DNA of 64,000 nucleotides from Candidatus Tepidifontimicrobium thermophilum (GCA_031459915.1 JAVKHO010000007.1:32001-96000); one strand, 5' to 3'. Shown: positions 41,402-51,608, counted from the stretch's first letter. A program made the numbers and translations. Notes: generated by a model from the letters alone, not told the origin.

Positions 41402-42667
41402 ATGTCGGTGGTGCTGGAGGCGGAGCAGGAGAACCCGTTTGAGGCCGTCTGCCGGTGGATCGACCGGGCCTCGGCCATCCTGGGCTACGACGAGTCCACC
41501 AGCAGGCCGTTGAAGCACCCGCGGCGGTGCGTCATCGTCTCCCTGCCGGTGGAGATGGACGACGGGCGAGTGGAGGTGTTCACGGGCTACCGGGTCCAGT
41601 ACGACACCGCCCGGGGGCCGTGCAAGGGCGGGCTGCGCTACCACCCCAACGTGAACCTGGACGAGATGAAGGCCTTGGCCGCGTACATGTCCATTAAGTG
41701 CGCGGTGGTGGACATCCCCTTCGGGGGAGGCAAGGGCGGGGTCGCGTGTGACCCCACGCGGCTGTCGCACCGGGAGCTGGAGCGCATCACGCGACGCTAC
41801 ACCGCGGAGATCTTCGACATCATCGGACCCGACAAGGACATCCCCGCGCCGGACGTGGGTACCAACGCCCAGGTGATGGCGTGGGTGATGGACACCATCT
41901 CCATGAAGCGGGGCTACCTGGAGCCGGGCACCGTGACGGGCAAACCTGTCCCCCTGGGCGGCTCCCGGGGCCGGGAGGAGGCCACGGGACGGGGGATCCT
42001 GGTGGTGGCTCGGGAGGCGTTCGCGCACCTGGGGATGCCCCTGGAAGGAGCCCGGGTGGTGGTGCAGGGGTTCGGCAACGTGGGCTGGAACACCGCCCGT
42101 CTGCTGCACGAAGCCGGGGCCCGGGTGGTGGCGGTCAGCGACGTGCACGGCGGCGTCTACCACCCCGAAGGGTTGGTCCCGCGGCTGGTGCGGGAGCACC
42201 GGGACCGGACGGGGAGCGTCGTGGGCTACCCTGGGGCGCGCACCCTCACCAATTCGGAGCTGCTGGAGCTGGAGTGCGAGTTGCTGGTGCCCGCGGCCAT
42301 CGAGAACCAGATCACGCGGAGCAACGCCCACGCCATCCGCGCCCGGGTGGTGGTGGAGGGTGCGAACGCCCCTACCACGCTGCAGGCCGACGAGATCCTC
42401 CGGCGGCGGGGGGTGTTTGTGGTGCCCGACATCCTGGCCAACGCGGGCGGGGTGGTGGTCAGCTACTTCGAGTGGGTACAGGACCGGTATGGCTACTTCT
42501 GGCGGGAGGACCAGGTGCGCACCCGGCTGGAGGACAAGATGCGGCAGGCCTTCCGGGACGTGATGGAGCTGTCGACCCAGCTGGGGGTAGACCTGCGCAC
42601 GGGCGCGTACTGCCTGGGCGTCCAGCGCATCGTGGAGGCCCGCCGCCTGCGGGGGCTTTATGCCTGA
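41402..42667 (+). CDS. gdhA: glutamate dehydrogenase (Glu/Leu/Phe/Val family)
   Basis: KGGLRYHP, GGGKGG, PAPDVGT, VQGFGNVG, NAGGVVVSYFEW. Confidence 0.93.
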   Translation: MSVVLEAEQENPFEAVCRWIDRASAILGYDESTSRPLKHPRRCVIVSLPVEMDDGRVEVFTGYRVQYDTARGPCKGGLRYHPNVNLDEMKALAAYMSIKCAVVDIPFGGGKGGVACDPTRLSHRELERITRRYTAEIFDIIGPDKDIPAPDVGTNAQVMAWVMDTISMKRGYLEPGTVTGKPVPLGGSRGREEATGRGILVVAREAFAHLGMPLEGARVVVQGFGNVGWNTARLLHEAGARVVAVSDVHGGVYHPEGLVPRLVREHRDRTGSVVGYPGARTLTNSELLELECELLVPAAIENQITRSNAHAIRARVVVEGANAPTTLQADEILRRRGVFVVPDILANAGGVVVSYFEWVQDRYGYFWREDQVRTRLEDKMRQAFRDVMELSTQLGVDLRTGAYCLGVQRIVEARRLRGLYA

Positions 42668-43352
42668 GCCGACCCCTGCCCTGGTCCCCACCCGGGTGAC
42701 GGTGGAGGTGGTCCGGCACGACCCGGAGGTGGCCGCGTACGTGGAGCGGGCCAACGAGTCCCTGGGGGTTCTGGGCTACACGGAGCACGGGGTGCGGCAC
42801 GCGTCCCTCACCAGCCGCATCGCCTACAACATCCTTCGCCGCTTGGGCTACCCCGAGCGGGAGTGCGAGCTGGCAGCCATCGCCGGGTACCTGCACGACA
42901 TCGGCAACCTCGTCAGCCGGCTGAACCATGAGCACACGGGCGCCTTGCTGGCCGGGGCCATCCTGCAGCGGCTGGGGATGGACCCCACGGAGCGGGCGGT
43001 GGTGATGAGCGCCATCGGCAACCACGAGGAGTCCCACGGGCAGCCCGTGAGCCCGGTTGGGGCCGCGGTGATCCTGGCGGACAAGTCGGACGTGCACCGC
43101 AGCCGGGTCCGCAACCCTGACCCCGCCACCTTCGACATCCACGACCGGGTGAACTACGCGGTGGAGCACTCCTTCCTGCGGGTGGACGAGCGGGCCAGGG
43201 AGATCACCCTGGAGCTGACCATCAATACGGAGAAGGCGCCGGTGATGGAGTACTTCGAGATCTTCCTGTCCCGCATGGTCATGTGCCGTCGGGCGGCGGA
43301 GCACCTGGGCTGCGCCTTCAAGCTGCAGATCAACGGGGTCCGGTTCCTGTAG
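42660..43352 (+). CDS. HD-domain phosphohydrolase
   Basis: TEHG..H, LHDIGN, ADKSD motifs. Confidence 0.88.
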   Translation: MPEPTPALVPTRVTVEVVRHDPEVAAYVERANESLGVLGYTEHGVRHASLTSRIAYNILRRLGYPERECELAAIAGYLHDIGNLVSRLNHEHTGALLAGAILQRLGMDPTERAVVMSAIGNHEESHGQPVSPVGAAVILADKSDVHRSRVRNPDPATFDIHDRVNYAVEHSFLRVDERAREITLELTINTEKAPVMEYFEIFLSRMVMCRRAAEHLGCAFKLQINGVRFL

Positions 43353-43365
43353 GCAGCCCGGCCGT

Positions 43366-43394
43366 TTGACGCCCCCCGGCCCGGGGGCTATTCT
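43366..43394 (+). promoter_or_regulatory. sigma70-type promoter of the hem-ccm operon (TTGACG-N17-TATTCT)
   Basis: Near-consensus boxes with 17-nt spacing, ending 16 nt before the hemA ATG; spacer is a GC palindrome. Confidence 0.7.
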
Positions 43395-43410
43395 CGACCC
43401 AGAAATTGCC

Positions 43411-44709
43411 ATGAACATCCTCTGCGTCGGTACCAGTCACCGGACCGCGCCGGTGGAGGTTCGGGAGCGGGTGGCGTTCCTGGAGAGTCGTCTGGGGACG
43501 GCCTCCGCCCTCCTTCGGGCGCGGGAGGGCCTCCACGAGGCGGTCATTCTGTCCACCTGCAACCGCACGGAGGCCTACGTGGTGGCCGAGGACGCCTCCG
43601 TGGGGACCCGCGCGGTCTTGGACTTCTGGTGCGACTACCACGGGCTTGCACCCCGGGAGATGGAGCCCTACGTGTACGCCCTGTGGGGGCTCGAGGCGGT
43701 CCGGCACCTGTTCCGAGTGGCCGCGGGGTTGGACTCCATGATGGTGGGTGAGGTCCAAATCCTCGGCCAGGTGCGGGAGGCCTTCGGCGCAGCCCGCGGT
43801 GCCCGTGCCACCGGCCCGCTGCTGGACGCCCTGTTCCGCCACGCCATCGCCGCGGGCCGCCGGGTCCGGCAGCGCACCGGGATCGAGCGCGGCTCGCTGT
43901 CCGTCCCGGAGGCCGCGGTGGAGCTGGCCCGTCGGCTGTTGGGCGGGCTCGCCGGCCGGCGCGTCCTGGTCCTGGGCGCCGGGGAGATGGCGGAGCTCAC
44001 GGTCCGGCACTTGCTGGAGGCAGGCTGCGGGGCCGTAGTGGTGTGCAACCGCACCCTGGAACACGCCCGCCCGCTGGCGGAGCGGCTGGGCGGGATGGCG
44101 GTGCGGTTCGACGAGCTGGGCAGTTCCCTGGCGCGGGCGGACATCCTGGTGACCTCCACCGCGGCCCCGCACCCGGTAGTGGAGCCGGAGCTGGTGGCGC
44201 AGGCGGTGCAGGGCCGGCGGGAACCGCTGCTCATCGTGGACATCGCGGTGCCCCGGGACGTGCACCCTGCGGTAGGTCAGCTGCCGGGGGTGCGCCTGTT
44301 GAACGTGGACGACCTGCGGGCGGTCAGCGAGGCCGCGCGGCAGGCACGGCAGGCGGAGATCGCACACGCAGAGGGGATCGTGGCGGAGGAATTGGACCGG
44401 TTCGCCGCCTGGCTCCGCTCCCTGAAGGTGGTCCCCCTCATCACCGCCCTGCGCGCCCGCGCGGAGGCGGTCGCGGAGGAAGAATGGCGCAGGGCCCTGC
44501 CCCGCCTCCGCGGGCTGACGGAAGAAGAGCGGGAGGCGGTGCGAGGGCTGCTGCAGTCGGTGGTCAACCGACTGCTGCACGGTCCCATCGTCCGTCTGAA
44601 GGAGATCGCGCGGCGCGAGGACTCGGTGTACGTGGAAGCCGCCCGCACCCTGCTGGGCTTCGAGGTGGACGGGCCTCAGGCTGCGGGAGAGTCCAAAGCC
44701 GGCCGTTGA
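43411..44709 (+). CDS. hemA: glutamyl-tRNA reductase
   Basis: STCNRTE, GEVQILGQV, GAGEM, DIAVPRD. Confidence 0.96.
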   Translation: MNILCVGTSHRTAPVEVRERVAFLESRLGTASALLRAREGLHEAVILSTCNRTEAYVVAEDASVGTRAVLDFWCDYHGLAPREMEPYVYALWGLEAVRHLFRVAAGLDSMMVGEVQILGQVREAFGAARGARATGPLLDALFRHAIAAGRRVRQRTGIERGSLSVPEAAVELARRLLGGLAGRRVLVLGAGEMAELTVRHLLEAGCGAVVVCNRTLEHARPLAERLGGMAVRFDELGSSLARADILVTSTAAPHPVVEPELVAQAVQGRREPLLIVDIAVPRDVHPAVGQLPGVRLLNVDDLRAVSEAARQARQAEIAHAEGIVAEELDRFAAWLRSLKVVPLITALRARAEAVAEEEWRRALPRLRGLTEEEREAVRGLLQSVVNRLLHGPIVRLKEIARREDSVYVEAARTLLGFEVDGPQAAGESKAGR

Positions 44710-45608
44710 CCCTGCGAGTCGGCACCCGGGCCAGCTCCCTCAGCCGGCGTCAGACCGACTGGGTGTTGCAGCTGCTGCGGCGCGCAGACCCCCGACTGCA
44801 ATTCCACGTGGTGCCCGTGCGTACCGCGGGCGATCGTTCTTCCCGGCCCATCGCGGAGCTGGGCGGCGTCGGCTGGTTCACCCGCGAACTGGAGCGGGCC
44901 CTGCTGGAGGGCACCGTGGATCTGGTGGTGCACAGCCTGAAGGATCTCCCCACGGAGACCCCGGGTGGATTGGTGGTGGCCGCGACCCCACCGCGGGAGG
45001 ATGCGAGGGATGCCCTGGTCGGCCGGTGGCCGACTCTGGACGCCCTGCCCCGAGGAGCTCGGGTCGGCACCAGCAGCCCGCGTCGGAGGGCGCAGCTCCT
45101 GGCGTACCGCCGGGACCTGGAGGTCGTACCCCTGCGCGGGAACGTGGACACCCGCTTGCGTAAGGTGGACGCGGGAGAAGTGGAAGCCGCGGTGCTGGCG
45201 GCGGCAGGGCTGGTGCGCGGCGGGTGGGAGGACCGGATCCGGCAGTACCTGGACCCGGAGGTGATGTTGCCGGCTCCCGCGCAGGGGGCGCTGGCCGTGC
45301 AGGTGCGGGAGTCCGACGCCCCGCTGGTGGAACTGACACGCCAGATCGACCACCCGCCCACCCGCGCCGCGGTCCGCGCCGAGCGGGCTTTCCTGAGGGC
45401 CCTGGGAGGCGGCTGCACGCTCCCCGTGGGGGCTCTGGCCACCGTGGAGGGCGACCGGCTGTGTTTGCAGGTGCGGGTGCTGTCGGAGGACGGAAGCCGC
45501 CAGGTGTCCGCGCGGCGCGAGGGGCGGCCGGACGATCCGGAGCGCCTGGGACACGAGGTCGCGGAGGAGGTACGGCCGTTTCTGTCCTTGATGGGAGGCG
45601 GGCCGTGA
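44706..45608 (+). CDS. hemC: hydroxymethylbilane synthase
   Basis: VGTRAS, VHSLKDLP, GTSSPRR, RGNVDTRL, GGC cofactor Cys; TTG start overlapping the hemA stop. Confidence 0.95.
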   Translation: MTLRVGTRASSLSRRQTDWVLQLLRRADPRLQFHVVPVRTAGDRSSRPIAELGGVGWFTRELERALLEGTVDLVVHSLKDLPTETPGGLVVAATPPREDARDALVGRWPTLDALPRGARVGTSSPRRRAQLLAYRRDLEVVPLRGNVDTRLRKVDAGEVEAAVLAAAGLVRGGWEDRIRQYLDPEVMLPAPAQGALAVQVRESDAPLVELTRQIDHPPTRAAVRAERAFLRALGGGCTLPVGALATVEGDRLCLQVRVLSEDGSRQVSARREGRPDDPERLGHEVAEEVRPFLSLMGGGP

Positions 45609-46396
45609 ATAGGGAGCCCGCCCGGCCTCTGGAGGGCCGCACGGTGCTGGTCACGCGGCCGGCGGAGCAGGCGGAAGGCCTCAGGGCCGCGTTGGAAGCC
45701 CTGGGGGCCACCGTGCACGCGGTGCCCGTCATCCGCGTGCTCCCGCCGCAGGACCCCCAGCCCCTCCGGCAGGCGGCCGCCACCCTGCATGCCTACGACT
45801 GGGTGGTGTTCACCAGCCGCAACGGGGTGCGGGCGCTCGCGCAGTGGACAGGCCGAGGTGACGCCCGTTGGCCTGCAGGCCTGCGCGTGGCGTGCATCGG
45901 GCCGGCGACCGCACAGGCGGCACGGCAGCTGGGCTGGCCTGTGCACCTGCAGCCGGCCCGTTACGTGGCGGAGTCCCTGGTGGACTCCTTCCGCCAGCAG
46001 GGAGTCCGCGGGGCGCGGGTGCTGGTGGTGCGCGCCCAGGAGGCCCGGGACGTCCTCCCCGAAGGCCTCCGCGGCCTGGGAGCCCGGGTGGAGGTGGTGG
46101 CCGCCTACCGCACGGAGCCCGCGTACAATGAAGCCGAGCGGCTGCAACAGGTGCTCCGGCGGGGTGTGGACCTAGCCGCGTTCGCCAGCCCCTCCGCGGT
46201 CAGCGCGGCGGTACGGCTGTGCGGTGGCCTGGACCTGCTGCGGTCGGTGCCCGTGGTGTGTATCGGACCAGTGACTGCGTCCGCGGCAGGTCGGGCAGGA
46301 CTGCAGGTGGTGGGGATCGCGCACACCTACACCCAGGAGGGGTTGGTGGAGGCGGTGGTCCGCGTCCTCGTGGCAGGAGGGGAGGGGTCCCAATGA
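45605..46396 (+). CDS. hemD: uroporphyrinogen-III synthase
   Basis: LVTRP, FTSRNGV, CIGPATA, AYRT, FASPSAV. Confidence 0.93.
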   Translation: MNREPARPLEGRTVLVTRPAEQAEGLRAALEALGATVHAVPVIRVLPPQDPQPLRQAAATLHAYDWVVFTSRNGVRALAQWTGRGDARWPAGLRVACIGPATAQAARQLGWPVHLQPARYVAESLVDSFRQQGVRGARVLVVRAQEARDVLPEGLRGLGARVEVVAAYRTEPAYNEAERLQQVLRRGVDLAAFASPSAVSAAVRLCGGLDLLRSVPVVCIGPVTASAAGRAGLQVVGIAHTYTQEGLVEAVVRVLVAGGEGSQ

Positions 46397-47373
46397 GCTT
46401 TCCCGCGTTCCGCAGCAGACGCCTGCGGCGCACGGAGGCGCTGCGGAGGATTTCCCAGGAGGTGGAGCTTTCGCCCCGTCACCTGATCGCGCCCCTGTTC
46501 GTGAAGGAGGGGATTCCGGAACCGCTCCCCATCCCTTCGCTCCCGGGTCAGGTGCAGCACACCCTCCCCAGCCTGGTGAAGGAGGTGGGGGAGCTGGTGG
46601 AGCTGGGCGTGGGTGCGGTGATCCTGTTCGGGATCCCCGCCCACAAGGACGCGGTGGGCAGCGGGGCGTGGGACGAGCAGGGCGTCGTTCAGCGTGCCCT
46701 GCGGACCCTCCGGTCGGAGTTCGGAGACCGGGTGGCGTTGATGGCCGACCTGTGCCTGTGTGAGTACACCGACCACGGCCACTGCGGGGTGCTGGCCGAG
46801 GGGCCGGAGACGGTGGACAACGACCGTACGCTGGAACTGTACGGCCGCATCGCCGCCAGCCAGGCGCGGGCGGGGGCGGACGTGATCGCGCCCAGCGGGG
46901 TCATGGACGGGCAGGTGGCCGCCATCCGGCGCGCCCTGGACGGGGCGGGCTTCCCGCAGGTGGCGATCCTGAGCTACGCGGCCAAGTTCGCCTCCACCTT
47001 CTACGGGCCGTTCCGGGACGCCGCGGAATCTGCCCCGCGGTTCGGCCATCGACGGGCCTACCAGCTGGCGCCGGCGAACCTGCGGGCCGCCCTGCGCCGG
47101 GTGGAGGAGGAGGTGGCGGAGGGTGCGGACGCGGTGATGGTCAAGCCCGCCCTCCCGTACCTGGACGTGGTGCGGGCGGTGCGGGAGCGCTGGGAGGTCC
47201 CCGTGGCCGCGTACTGTGTCAGCGGGGAGTACGCCATGCTGCACGCGGCGGCGCAGCGGGGCTGGCTGGACCTGGAGTCGGCCATGATGGAGGTCCTGCT
47301 GGCCATCCGCCGCGCGGGCGCGGACTGGATCCTCACGTACTTCGCGAAGGACGCTGCACGGCTGCTGCGGTGA
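46393..47373 (+). CDS. hemB: porphobilinogen synthase (Zn type)
   Basis: DLCLCEYTDHGHCG, FYGPFRDA, MVKP, SGEY. Confidence 0.96.
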   Translation: MSFPAFRSRRLRRTEALRRISQEVELSPRHLIAPLFVKEGIPEPLPIPSLPGQVQHTLPSLVKEVGELVELGVGAVILFGIPAHKDAVGSGAWDEQGVVQRALRTLRSEFGDRVALMADLCLCEYTDHGHCGVLAEGPETVDNDRTLELYGRIAASQARAGADVIAPSGVMDGQVAAIRRALDGAGFPQVAILSYAAKFASTFYGPFRDAAESAPRFGHRRAYQLAPANLRAALRRVEEEVAEGADAVMVKPALPYLDVVRAVRERWEVPVAAYCVSGEYAMLHAAAQRGWLDLESAMMEVLLAIRRAGADWILTYFAKDAARLLR

Positions 47374-48650
47374 CGGCTTCGGAGGAACTGTTCCGGCGGG
47401 CCCGGCGCGTGATGCCCGGGGGGGTCAGCAGCCCGGTCCGGGCGTTCCGCGCGGTGGGGGGAAATCCGCCGTTCCTCGTGCGGGGCAACGGCGCGTACGT
47501 GGAGGACGCAGACGGACGGCGCTACGTGGACTGCGTGAACTCCTGGGGGGCGCTGATCCTGGGCCACGCGCACCCGGCGGTGGTGCGGGCAGCGCAGCAG
47601 GCGGTGGCCGACGGGAGCAGCTTCGGCGCGCCCACACCGTGGGAGGTGGAGTTCTGCGAGCGGCTGTGCGCAGCGGTGCCGTCGGTGGAGGCGGTCCGGT
47701 TGGTGAACTCGGGCACCGAGGCGGTCATGAGCGCCCTGCGGGTGGCTCGGGCTGCCACGGGCCGCGAGGGGGTGGTGAAGTTCGATGGCGGCTACCACGG
47801 CCACGCGGACGCCCTGCTGGTGCGCGCGGGTTCGGGGGTGGCCACCTTCGACCTGCCCGACAGCGCGGGGGTGCCGCCCTCGGCGGTGCAGGCCACCGTT
47901 TCCCTTCCGTACAACGACTTGGACGCGGCGCGGGCTTTTTTCGAGCGGCGCGGGCACGAGATCGCGGCGGTGTTGGTGGAGCCCGTGGCGGGCAACATGG
48001 GCACCGTTCCCCCCGAGCCGGGCTTCCTAGAGGGGTTGCGGGAGCTCACGGCCCGTTACGGCGCGCTGCTGGTGTTCGACGAGGTCATCACGGGCTTCCG
48101 GTTGCGGTACGGCGCGGCCCAGGAGGTGTTCGGGGTACGGGCAGACCTCACGTGCCTGGGGAAGGTCATCGGCGGCGGCTTCCCCTTGGCCGCCTACGGC
48201 GGCCGGGCCGACCTCATGCGGCTGGTGGCGCCCGAGGGCCCCGTCTACCAGGCGGGCACCCTCTCGGGAAACCCCGTCGCGGTGCGGGCGGGGCTCGCCA
48301 CCTTGGGGGTGCTGGAAGATGGAGCGGTCTACGCGCGGCTGGAGCACTGGGGCCACGTGCTCGAGGAGGGGTTACAGGACGCGGCCCGGCAGGCGGGCGT
48401 GGAGGTGTGGGTGAACCGAGTGGGCTCCATGCTGACGGTGTTCTTCACGCCGCAGCGGGTGGTGGACTACGCGACGGCCCGCAACTCTGACGCGGCGCGA
48501 TTCGCCCGGTTCTTCCACGGTATGCTGTCCCGAGGGGTGTACCTGCCGCCCTCGCCCTTCGAGGCCTGGTTTCTGTCCGCCGCCCACGGCGAGCAGGAGG
48601 TGGACCGGATCCTCCAGGCGGCCCGGGGGGCGTTCCAGGAGGCCGTATGA
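47370..48650 (+). CDS. hemL: glutamate-1-semialdehyde 2,1-aminomutase
   Basis: PGGVSSPVR, NSGTEA, FDEVITGFR, GKVIGGG, YQAGTLSGNP. Confidence 0.96.
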   Translation: MTASEELFRRARRVMPGGVSSPVRAFRAVGGNPPFLVRGNGAYVEDADGRRYVDCVNSWGALILGHAHPAVVRAAQQAVADGSSFGAPTPWEVEFCERLCAAVPSVEAVRLVNSGTEAVMSALRVARAATGREGVVKFDGGYHGHADALLVRAGSGVATFDLPDSAGVPPSAVQATVSLPYNDLDAARAFFERRGHEIAAVLVEPVAGNMGTVPPEPGFLEGLRELTARYGALLVFDEVITGFRLRYGAAQEVFGVRADLTCLGKVIGGGFPLAAYGGRADLMRLVAPEGPVYQAGTLSGNPVAVRAGLATLGVLEDGAVYARLEHWGHVLEEGLQDAARQAGVEVWVNRVGSMLTVFFTPQRVVDYATARNSDAARFARFFHGMLSRGVYLPPSPFEAWFLSAAHGEQEVDRILQAARGAFQEAV

Positions 48651-49390
48651 GCGGGCGTGTCCTGGTGGTGATGCCCCTGTACAACGAGGAGGCGACCCTC
48701 CAGGAGGTCCTGGAGGCGGTGCTGCACTACGCGCCACCCGGGACGGACGTCTTGGTGGTGGACGACGGCTCCACGGACGGCTCCGCGGAGATCCTGGCCC
48801 GCTTCCCGGAGGTTCGGGTGATCCGCCACCCGGAGAATCGCGGCTACGGCGCCTCCCTCATCGACGGCTTCCGCTACGCCCTCGACCACGGCTACGACGC
48901 AGTGGTCACCATGGACTGCGACGCCCAGCACGAGCCGTACCTGATCCCGGACCTGCTGAGTGCTTTGGAGGACGCGGACATCGTGTCCGGCAGCCGGTAC
49001 CTCCCCGGTTCGTCTCGGGGCCAGGAGCCGCCCCCGGATCGGCTGCGGATCAACCGGGAGGTCACCGAGCGGGTGAACGCGCTCACGGGCTACCGGCTCA
49101 CGGACGCCTTCTGCGGGTTCAAAGCGTATCGGGCCGACGCCCTGCGGCGGATGCAGCTGGACGAGCCCTCCTACGGCATGCCCCTGCAGGTGTGGGTGCA
49201 GGCTGCCCGGTGGGGGCTGCGGGTCCGGGAGATCCCCATCGGTCGCATCTACAAGAACCCCCACCGCCGGTTCTGGGGCGGTCTGGACGACCCGGAGGTC
49301 CGGCTGCGTTACTACCTGCAGGTGCTGGAGCGGGAGGCGGCTCGGTGGCTGCAGCAGCCGGCCTCCAGCGGGGAGGCGGGCGCGCGGTGA
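48647..49390 (+). CDS. family 2 glycosyltransferase (DPM1-like)
   Basis: PLYNE, VDDGSTD, NRGYG, TMDCDAQH, VSGSRY, DAFCGFKAY. Confidence 0.9.
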   Translation: MSGRVLVVMPLYNEEATLQEVLEAVLHYAPPGTDVLVVDDGSTDGSAEILARFPEVRVIRHPENRGYGASLIDGFRYALDHGYDAVVTMDCDAQHEPYLIPDLLSALEDADIVSGSRYLPGSSRGQEPPPDRLRINREVTERVNALTGYRLTDAFCGFKAYRADALRRMQLDEPSYGMPLQVWVQAARWGLRVREIPIGRIYKNPHRRFWGGLDDPEVRLRYYLQVLEREAARWLQQPASSGEAGAR

Positions 49391-50067
49391 AGACGGTCCT
49401 GGTCCTGGCCCCTCACCCCGACGACGCGGAGATCGCCATGGGTGGTACCATGGCCGCGCTGGTGGCGCAGGGCTGGCGGGTGGTGGTGTGCGACCTCACC
49501 GATGGCGAGCCCACCCCGGTGGGCACGCCGGAGCGGCGGCGGCGGGAGGCGGAACGGGCGGCGCGGATTCTCGGCGTGGAGCGCCAGATCCTGGACCTGC
49601 CCAACCGTTTCCTGCTGGACGGGGTGGAGGCGCGCAAGAAGGTGGCTGCGGTGATCCGGGCGGTGCGGCCCGAGTGGCTGTTCGTGCCGTACTGGGAGGA
49701 CGCCCACCCCGACCACGTCCAGGCCGCCACCCTGTGTGAGGCGGCGCGGTTCTACGCCAAGCTGACCCACACGGACATCCCGGGGGAGCCCCACTACCCG
49801 CGCCGGGTCGTGCACTTCTTCTCCACCCACTACCGCATGGTGCGGCGGCCGTCCTTCGTGTTCGACGTGAGCGAGACGCTGGAGCGCAAGATGGAGAGCC
49901 TGCGCGCGTACGAGAGCCAGTTCGGAGTTGAGCGGGGCAACTCCTGGGTCCTGGAGGCGGTGCGGGATGCCGCCCGCTACTTCGGTTCCCTGGTGGGCGT
50001 CTCGTACGGGGAGCCCTTCCTCCTGCGGGAGGAGCTCGGGGTGCGGAACCTGGAGGGGTTAGTGTGA
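49387..50067 (+). CDS. PIG-L/BshB1-like N-acetylglucosaminyl deacetylase
   Basis: APHPDDAE, DLTDGE, HPDH, KMESLRAYESQF, YGEPF. Confidence 0.88.
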   Translation: MKTVLVLAPHPDDAEIAMGGTMAALVAQGWRVVVCDLTDGEPTPVGTPERRRREAERAARILGVERQILDLPNRFLLDGVEARKKVAAVIRAVRPEWLFVPYWEDAHPDHVQAATLCEAARFYAKLTHTDIPGEPHYPRRVVHFFSTHYRMVRRPSFVFDVSETLERKMESLRAYESQFGVERGNSWVLEAVRDAARYFGSLVGVSYGEPFLLREELGVRNLEGLV

Positions 50068-51608
50068 CCGACGTGACCGAGCTGTCCATCCCCACGCGCC
50101 ACGGCGAGGTCCTCTGCACGCCTGAGTTCAGCCGTTGGCTGGAGCTGGCGGAAGCCACCGCCCGGCGGCTGGACGCAGCAAGCGTCTTCGGCCGGCCCCT
50201 GAGCGCTCTGCGGGCGCAGGCCCGGTCCGAGCTCGTGGGACGGGCCCAGGCCCTGCTGGGCCGCTGGGGCTTCGCGCCCCCTGAGGCCTCCCACGGTCCG
50301 TGGGTCGCCACCGGCCACCAGCCCGGCCTGTATCACCCGGGGATCTGGATCAAGACGTGGGCCGTGGACATCTGCGCGGGCCAGGGGGCGACCGGGCTGC
50401 ACGTGGTGGTGGACTCCGACGAGTGCCAGTCCTGGGGTGCCCGAGTCCCGAGGCGGGACGGGACGCTGCAGGGGGTGCAGCGGACCCTCGTGGAGTGCGG
50501 CGACGGTGTTCCCTTCGAGGCGGCCCCGGTACCCGAGGAGGCCCGCTGGCGGGCCTTCTGCGCACAGCTACGGGACGACCTCGGGACCCTCGGTCTCCCG
50601 GAGCTCCTGGAGCGGGTCTCCCGGGCAGAGCAGGCGGGCCTGGAAAGCCTCTCCCGCGCGCGGCACCTGGGCGATTTCGGGGCCGGCCTGCGCAGACGGT
50701 TGGAGACGAAGCACCGGCAGGTCCGCTACTGGGAGGTGACCGTATCCGAGCTGTCGGAGACGCAGGCCTTCGGCCAGTTCGCCGCCTGGATCGCCCAGGA
50801 TGCGGAGCGTTTTCGCGCCTGCCACAACGCGGCCCTGGACGAGTACCGCCGGCAGCAGGGCCTGCGCTCCCCGGCGCAGCCGTTCCCCAACCTACGGCGG
50901 GAAGGCGACTGGGTGGAGTTGCCCTTCTGGCTGGTGCGGGAGGGGAAGCGGCGGCCGGTATTCGTGCGGCCCGGAGCTCCTCCCGTGGTGTTCTGCGAGG
51001 GCAGGCCCGTAGGCGAGCTCACGGACCGTGGGCTGGAGGGCCTGCGCCCCAGGGCCCTCACCCTCACCCTGTTCCTGCGGCTTCTGGTGGCGGATCTGTT
51101 CGTGCACGGCGTGGGAGGCGCGCGCTACGACCGCGTCACCGACCGGGTCCTAGAGGAGTTCTTCGGAGTCACACCGCCGCCCTTCGCGGTCCTCACGGCC
51201 ACCTTCCATCTCCCGCTGGCGCGACACGCAGATCCCCGGGAGGCGTACGGGGCTGCGCAGCGTCTGTGGCTGGACCTGCAGCACAACCCGGACCGCCACC
51301 TGGCCGACCCCGCCCAGGCGCGTCCCCTGGTGGAGGAAAAGTGGCGCTGCATCCGGGCTCTGGAGGCCGCGGACCTGACCCGGTCCGCCCGCCGGGAGCT
51401 CGCCCGGCGCATCCGGGCCATCAACGAGGCTTTGCGGGCCCACGTGCAGGACCGGATCGCTGAAGTGGAGGCGGAGCTGGAGGCGTTGCGGCGGGAGGTG
51501 CAGGAACACGAGGTCGCCGCGGACCGAGGCTACCCCTTCTTCCTGTTCGACCCCGAGGAGGTCTGCGCGCCGTTGCGGGCGCAGGAGGGAGTTCGGTGCG
51601 GCCGCTAG
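50064..51608 (+). CDS. hypothetical protein, remote BshC-like ligase
   Basis: VATGHQPGLYHPGIWIK, VVDSD, FVHGVGGARYD and C-terminal coiled coil resemble BshC motifs and architecture. Confidence 0.6.
   Translation: MTDVTELSIPTRHGEVLCTPEFSRWLELAEATARRLDAASVFGRPLSALRAQARSELVGRAQALLGRWGFAPPEASHGPWVATGHQPGLYHPGIWIKTWAVDICAGQGATGLHVVVDSDECQSWGARVPRRDGTLQGVQRTLVECGDGVPFEAAPVPEEARWRAFCAQLRDDLGTLGLPELLERVSRAEQAGLESLSRARHLGDFGAGLRRRLETKHRQVRYWEVTVSELSETQAFGQFAAWIAQDAERFRACHNAALDEYRRQQGLRSPAQPFPNLRREGDWVELPFWLVREGKRRPVFVRPGAPPVVFCEGRPVGELTDRGLEGLRPRALTLTLFLRLLVADLFVHGVGGARYDRVTDRVLEEFFGVTPPPFAVLTATFHLPLARHADPREAYGAAQRLWLDLQHNPDRHLADPAQARPLVEEKWRCIRALEAADLTRSARRELARRIRAINEALRAHVQDRIAEVEAELEALRREVQEHEVAADRGYPFFLFDPEEVCAPLRAQEGVRCGR

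Noticed and set aside
48647..51608. Canonical bacillithiol operon (bshA-bshB-bshC)
   Set aside because: The glycosyltransferase is GT2 (DxD, GT-A fold), not the GT4 BshA, and the BshC resemblance is remote.
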